A program made the translations under genes and the position numbers. A stretch of DNA of 64,000 nucleotides from an uncultured virus (IMG/VR IMGVR_UViG_3300047552_002383) (lineage: Duplodnaviria > Heunggongvirae > Uroviricota > Caudoviricetes): the IMG/VR virus record IMGVR_UViG_3300047552_002383. One strand, written 5' to 3'. Positions 60,222 to 64,000 of the stretch are shown here, piece by piece. The notes under the pieces are model-generated. The model made no database searches, was not told the DNA's origin, and saw only the letters and a program-made list of their open reading frames with translations. Each line of letters begins with the position of its first letter. Position 1 is the first letter of the stretch.

Positions 60222-60348
60222 AGTCCAGTACCATAAGTTTACTGGGTTAGACCATGTGTCGACAGGTTCGACTATTCCTGTTTAAATCCAATAGTAAGTC
60301 TAGAGGGTAATAATGTTTATGGCATTACTACTCTCTAGGCGGATCTAA
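60222..60348 (+). ncRNA. ncRNA array unit 1
   Basis: Promoter 60205; 5' hairpin, closing stem TTAGA../..TCTAA, kissing hairpins, long GTCTAGAG/CTCTAGGC stem; T-rich tail. Confidence 0.8.
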
Positions 60349-60385
60349 TTTTTATTTTTTAAAAATTTTATATAGATATAATAAG

Positions 60386-60514
60386 GTAGCCTAGAACCGT
60401 ACAATCTTCTAGGTTAGATCAAATAGGTCGATAGGTTTTTGACTATTCCTATTAAAAAAATAGTAAGTCTAGAGATGATAATATTACGGTATTATTGTCT
60501 CTAGGCGGATCTAA
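60386..60514 (+). ncRNA. ncRNA array unit 2 (homolog of unit 1)
   Basis: Promoter 60371; same blocks as unit 1 with compensatory changes. Confidence 0.8.
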
Positions 60515-60559
60515 TTTTTTTATTTTTGTAAAATTTTTATATAGATATTATTATAATAT

Positions 60560-60768
60560 AAGATATACAACTGTTTATTTTATATAGTAATGGATAGTTA
60601 GGGACCACTTCCTATGGCGATTAGCCAGAATAACTATCCTTCAAGGAATAATGTGGCGACGGTGGCGATACACCCTGGTCCGATATTGCTCTACCCAGAC
60701 AAAGATCAGAGCAAAAGTAGATTTTTATATATCCAAGCAATTGGGTATATGAAAATCTACTTGTTTTT
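60560..60768 (+). ncRNA. ncRNA array unit 3
   Basis: Promoter 60540; GGATAGTTA/TAACTATCC stem, crossing GGACCA/TGGTCC and TTCCT/AGGAA, long terminal hairpin 60715-60762. Confidence 0.7.
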
Positions 60769-60794
60769 ATTTTATTTATATAGATATTATATAG

Positions 60795-61015
60795 TATCCA
60801 AAATGGTGGGTGGCCACTCACTATTATAATTGGATCTGGAGGTAAGTTCGTCAACTTATAATTCCTTCAGTATCGAAGTTGACTATGTTCGGTATTATGT
60901 CTATAACTACTGGACGAAAAAATATAGGCTTTGGATTCTCTTGTACCTCGCATGAGAGTTCGAGATAATAGAGTACACATCCAGGAGTTTTCTCCTGGGT
61001 GTGGGGCCTATTTTA
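60795..61015 (+). ncRNA. ncRNA array unit 4
   Basis: Promoter 60779; H-type pseudoknot CTGGAGG/CCTTCAG with GTCAACTT/AAGTTGAC; 3' multi-stem domain; T-rich tail. Confidence 0.7.
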
Positions 61016-61046
61016 TTTTTAATTTATTTATATAGATATAATATAA

Positions 61047-61175
61047 TGTCGTACGTACGATTCGTTGTCTGGGACGGTCATTGTGTAAAAACGAAGTGTT
61101 ACGTTTTTAAGCCCAGAGATGCGAAGGAGAATGACTAGGAGGGAGATTAACACACTCCCTCCGAAACCTTTTTAT
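61047..61175 (+). ncRNA. ncRNA array unit 5
   Basis: Promoter 61031; TCTGGG/CCCAGA crossed by GTCATT/AATGAC; terminal GGAGGGAG/CTCCCTCC. Confidence 0.7.
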
Positions 61176-61211
61176 TTTGTGTTTTCAAATATTTGATATA
61201 GATATTATATA

Positions 61212-61368
61212 GTGTTCGCCTCGAAAGTCTTCGGACCGTTAGAGAATACAATGGTAGCAATATCATTGGGCGAGGTAAATTGGCTCCCCTGGACAAGGAG
61301 TGTTCGCGCCTGCGGAATTGGTAGTGATTTCGATAGTTGAGCACCTACGGGTGTTCGGCGCCTTTTTA
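61212..61368 (+). ncRNA. ncRNA array unit 6
   Basis: Promoter 61197; hairpins capped by C(UUCG)G, GCAA and C(UACG)G tetraloops; T run. Confidence 0.7.
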
Positions 61369-61395
61369 CTTGTTTATTTTTTTTAATATAGATAT

Positions 61396-61908
61396 ATGTC
61401 TAATAATAAAAATTTTATAGTATTTGATGTAGAATCGATTGGTCTTCATGGTGAAGGATTTGCCGTAGGATATATTATTATCAAAGATCTATCAATTATA
61501 AATGAAAGATTAATTGCATGTAATCCAGAAAAAGCTAGTGGGACATTAATAAATCATACTTGGGTCAAAAATAATATTCCAATTTTCGAATATGATTGTT
61601 TAAATCCAGGTATTGTTCGTAAACTTTTTTGGGATGATTGGGAAAAATTTAGATCTGAATTTGATGGATATTTAGTTGCAGATTGTAGTTGGCCAGTTGA
61701 AACAAATTTTTTATCTCAATGTATTAAAGATAATGAATTTCGTGAATTTTTTGGTCCATACCCATTATTAGATTTGTCTTCTATATTAATAACTAGAGGA
61801 ATAGATCCCTTAACTACTTTTGAAAGAAAAGAAAATGAACTTCCAATTCATCATCCTTTAAATGATGCTAGACAATCTGCTAGAATCCTAATTGATTTAC
61901 TTAAATGA
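61396..61908 (+). CDS. DEDDh 3'-5' exonuclease-like protein
   Basis: VFDVESIG...HHPLNDARQ. Confidence 0.75.
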   Translation: MSNNKNFIVFDVESIGLHGEGFAVGYIIIKDLSIINERLIACNPEKASGTLINHTWVKNNIPIFEYDCLNPGIVRKLFWDDWEKFRSEFDGYLVADCSWPVETNFLSQCIKDNEFREFFGPYPLLDLSSILITRGIDPLTTFERKENELPIHHPLNDARQSARILIDLLK

Positions 61909-62771
61909 ATTCTTTTGATTCTCTTCAGGATGAAATTAATTTTATACAAAAAATATTTCCTAAAGATTTTTATGAAAAATTCATAAATAATAATAGTTTT
62001 ACTCTTAAAAAATTCGAAAATATAATTTTTACACCTAATCTTAAAACATTATCATTCAAAAATGAAATAAAACAAATTGAATTAGAAAATCAATTATATT
62101 TATATATAAATATATTGAATAATATACAATCTAATACATATGCAGATATGAATTTTAGCACTAATACTATAAAAATAAATAGTATTAGTTCTTTACTTTA
62201 TAATATTAAAGTTTTAGTAACTGATATTAAAAATATAATTTCTGAAAAACTTCTAACTTCTTCTCATACTTTTAATATCTGGTTAGATAGTTCAAATATG
62301 AACCAACAATTATCATTTATTAGTGTGACTGGAAACAATTATAATATTCAATTAAAAGAAATAATATATAATAAAATAATAAATACTTGTAAAGAATATC
62401 CAAATTCTGCTTTTAAAACTATATCGAATATATTAACTCATTTCCCTATAAATTTAAAGAATGATTTTAGTTATTTCATAGAAACATGTATTTTAAATAA
62501 CCCATATTTAATCAATGAAATATATAAATCCGATACATGGTTTCATCAATTATTTGATCTACATGGTATAATTGATTATTTTCATGATTATAATTTAAAA
62601 CAAATTATAAGTAAAAAAGAATTTAAATCAGCATATAGATATTCAATTGATAAAAAAGATTTAATAAACACTTTATTATTAGAACATTTTAGTATTGATG
62701 AATTGCTTAAATTACCACATGGAACATTAACTAAGGAAAGTTGGGAAATAATAAAACTTAGAACTATATAA
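61905..62771 (+). CDS. Hypothetical protein
   Basis: 288 aa, Asn/Ile-rich. Confidence 0.55.
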   Translation: MNSFDSLQDEINFIQKIFPKDFYEKFINNNSFTLKKFENIIFTPNLKTLSFKNEIKQIELENQLYLYINILNNIQSNTYADMNFSTNTIKINSISSLLYNIKVLVTDIKNIISEKLLTSSHTFNIWLDSSNMNQQLSFISVTGNNYNIQLKEIIYNKIINTCKEYPNSAFKTISNILTHFPINLKNDFSYFIETCILNNPYLINEIYKSDTWFHQLFDLHGIIDYFHDYNLKQIISKKEFKSAYRYSIDKKDLINTLLLEHFSIDELLKLPHGTLTKESWEIIKLRTI

Positions 62772-62774
62772 ATC

Positions 62775-63479
62775 ATGTTTGGAAAAAATAAAATTTATTC
62801 ACAAAAAGATTTTAAATATCATAATGTTCTTTTTGTAAAAGATATTTTTCACACCATCCAAGGCGAGGGAGTTTTCAGTGGATGGCCTAGTACATTTATT
62901 AGACTAGCCCATTGTACACTTAAATGTAATTTTTGCGACACTGATTTTGAAACAGATGTTCGCCATTTAAGTATTAATGAAACATTAGAAAAAATAGAAA
63001 AAATAACTCCAGACCATACTAGACTAATCGTTATTACAGGAGGTGAGCCTTTTCTACAACCATTATGTTCTAGATTATGTAGAGAATTATTAAATTTACA
63101 CTATACTGTTCAAATTGAAACTTCTGGTTCAGTATGGTTAGATGATCTTCCCGTTACAAATACTAATTTTCATATTGTATGTTCTCCAAAAACTGGAAAA
63201 TTACATCCTAAATTAGAACAATGGATTAAAGCATATAAATATATTATTAGTTCTGATAATCACAGTGAAAATGATGGATTACCAATCATTAATCCTCAAA
63301 CTAATAAGTTTATCAAATTAGCTAGACCTATTTCAAAAGGTATCCCCATTTATATTTCTCCTATGGATGAATATGATAAAGATAAAAATAAAGAGAATTT
63401 AAATACTATAAAAAATATTTCTTTAAAATATGGATACCGAATTTCTTTACAAGTTCATAAATATTTAGGTGTTGAATAA
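62775..63479 (+). CDS. queE: 7-carboxy-7-deazaguanine synthase (radical SAM)
   Basis: IFHTIQGEG, FIRL..CxxxCxxCDT, ITGGEP, IETSG, SPK, SLQVHK. Confidence 0.93.
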   Translation: MFGKNKIYSQKDFKYHNVLFVKDIFHTIQGEGVFSGWPSTFIRLAHCTLKCNFCDTDFETDVRHLSINETLEKIEKITPDHTRLIVITGGEPFLQPLCSRLCRELLNLHYTVQIETSGSVWLDDLPVTNTNFHIVCSPKTGKLHPKLEQWIKAYKYIISSDNHSENDGLPIINPQTNKFIKLARPISKGIPIYISPMDEYDKDKNKENLNTIKNISLKYGYRISLQVHKYLGVE

Positions 63480-63816
63480 TAATTTTAAACGGCAAATGAT
63501 TTTATCTAGTAAAAATTTTACATTAACTAATAAAAGATTCGATGAATTATTCGAATTAGAAATACTTAAATTTCATAAAAAAGAAGGTCAAATTATAATA
63601 ATATTTCCTGTAAATATGAAATTTCCAGAGTCATTTGGAATGTCTAATTATTTTATAGATAGAATTATAGTTCATCCTAATAAAAAAATATATATTAAAT
63701 CTGAAATTTTTGTTAGAGATTATTCGAAAAAAAATACCGATAAAAATTATATTGAAATGGGTCCTTTTAAGATTTCTAGATGTAAATATGAATATATCAA
63801 ATTACTCTCAAGTTAA
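63469..63816 (+). CDS. Hypothetical protein
   Basis: 115 aa. Confidence 0.45.
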   Translation: MLNNNFKRQMILSSKNFTLTNKRFDELFELEILKFHKKEGQIIIIFPVNMKFPESFGMSNYFIDRIIVHPNKKIYIKSEIFVRDYSKKNTDKNYIEMGPFKISRCKYEYIKLLSS

Positions 63817-64000
63817 ATATAGAAATAAAACTCATATTTCTCCAATTTCTTTTAGCTCTACTGTTTTAAAACAGATTATAATTATATCTGAAATTGGATG
63901 GTATTTAAATGATTGTCCAGAGCCTAAAGATATATTTTTAAAAAATATATTAATAAAACTTAAAGGATTACATTGTGATATAGACGAACATCTTTTAGAT
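63788..64000 (+). CDS. Hypothetical protein, truncated by window end
   Basis: MNISNYSQVKYRNK... open to position 64000. Confidence 0.45.
   Translation, partial: MNISNYSQVKYRNKTHISPISFSSTVLKQIIIISEIGWYLNDCPEPKDIFLKNILIKLKGLHCDIDEHLLD

Noticed and set aside
60614..61344. Track ORFs 60614-60829, 60621-60854 and 61147-61344
   Set aside because: They run across promoter and terminator boundaries of the RNA modules, lack RBSs, and are better explained as chance ORFs in GC-richer structured RNA.
60195..61375. CRISPR array or retron msr-msd interpretation of the periodic region
   Set aside because: No identical repeats with fixed-length spacers (only the promoter recurs), and no cas or reverse transcriptase gene in the window.
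2970..62776. Antisense ORFs inside larger genes (2970-3200, 14495-14776, 20214-20408, 34626-34862, 38394-38693, 45328-45576, 47142-47360, 50318-50518, 52627-52824, 54167-54385, 62588-62776)
   Set aside because: They lie largely or wholly opposite well-supported genes and have no expression signals.
1..64000. Alternative genetic code (TAG or TGA recoding)
   Set aside because: Conserved genes are full length under the standard code, TGA and TAG act as stops, and no suppressor tRNA is seen.
1..64000. Bacterial chromosome or plasmid origin
   Set aside because: Fragmented divergent RNAP, T4-like replication set, endolysin, dense hypothetical genes and absence of ribosomal or housekeeping operons indicate a large phage.

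Overview
A very AT-rich, densely coding segment of a large (jumbo-type) tailed dsDNA phage, most likely infecting a Gram-negative host; standard genetic code. It encodes a phage multisubunit RNA polymerase: a beta subunit interrupted by a 563-nt IA2-type group I intron, plus two separate beta-prime fragments. Replication and repair genes include primase, type II topoisomerase A and B, clamp loader, SF2 helicase, SSB, Holliday-junction resolvase, a family-B DNA polymerase in pieces and a DenV-like glycosylase. Nucleotide metabolism genes include nrdA/nrdB, thyX, tmk and a MazG-like enzyme. Also present are 7-deazaguanine pathway genes (queC, queD, queE, a glutamine amidotransferase), an M15 endolysin and eight intact tRNAs. 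A motif TATAGATAT(T/A)AT recurs about 30 times in front of transcription units on both strands and is probably the phage promoter. The most unusual items are: (1) an array of six promoter-driven, structured and mostly pseudoknotted non-coding RNAs at 60.2-61.4 kb, with a seventh at 29.2 kb; (2) two tandem circularly permuted tRNA-like RNAs (YrlA/Y-RNA topology) at 28.7-29.0 kb; (3) at least eight unrelated proteins sharing an N-terminal leader M-(x)-IL-x-(N/D)I-x-x-LI-x-E that resembles a capsid-targeting/protease-cleavage signal; and (4) a small antisense gene with its own promoter inside the group I intron. All calls come from reading motifs by eye; no searches or folding programs were run.
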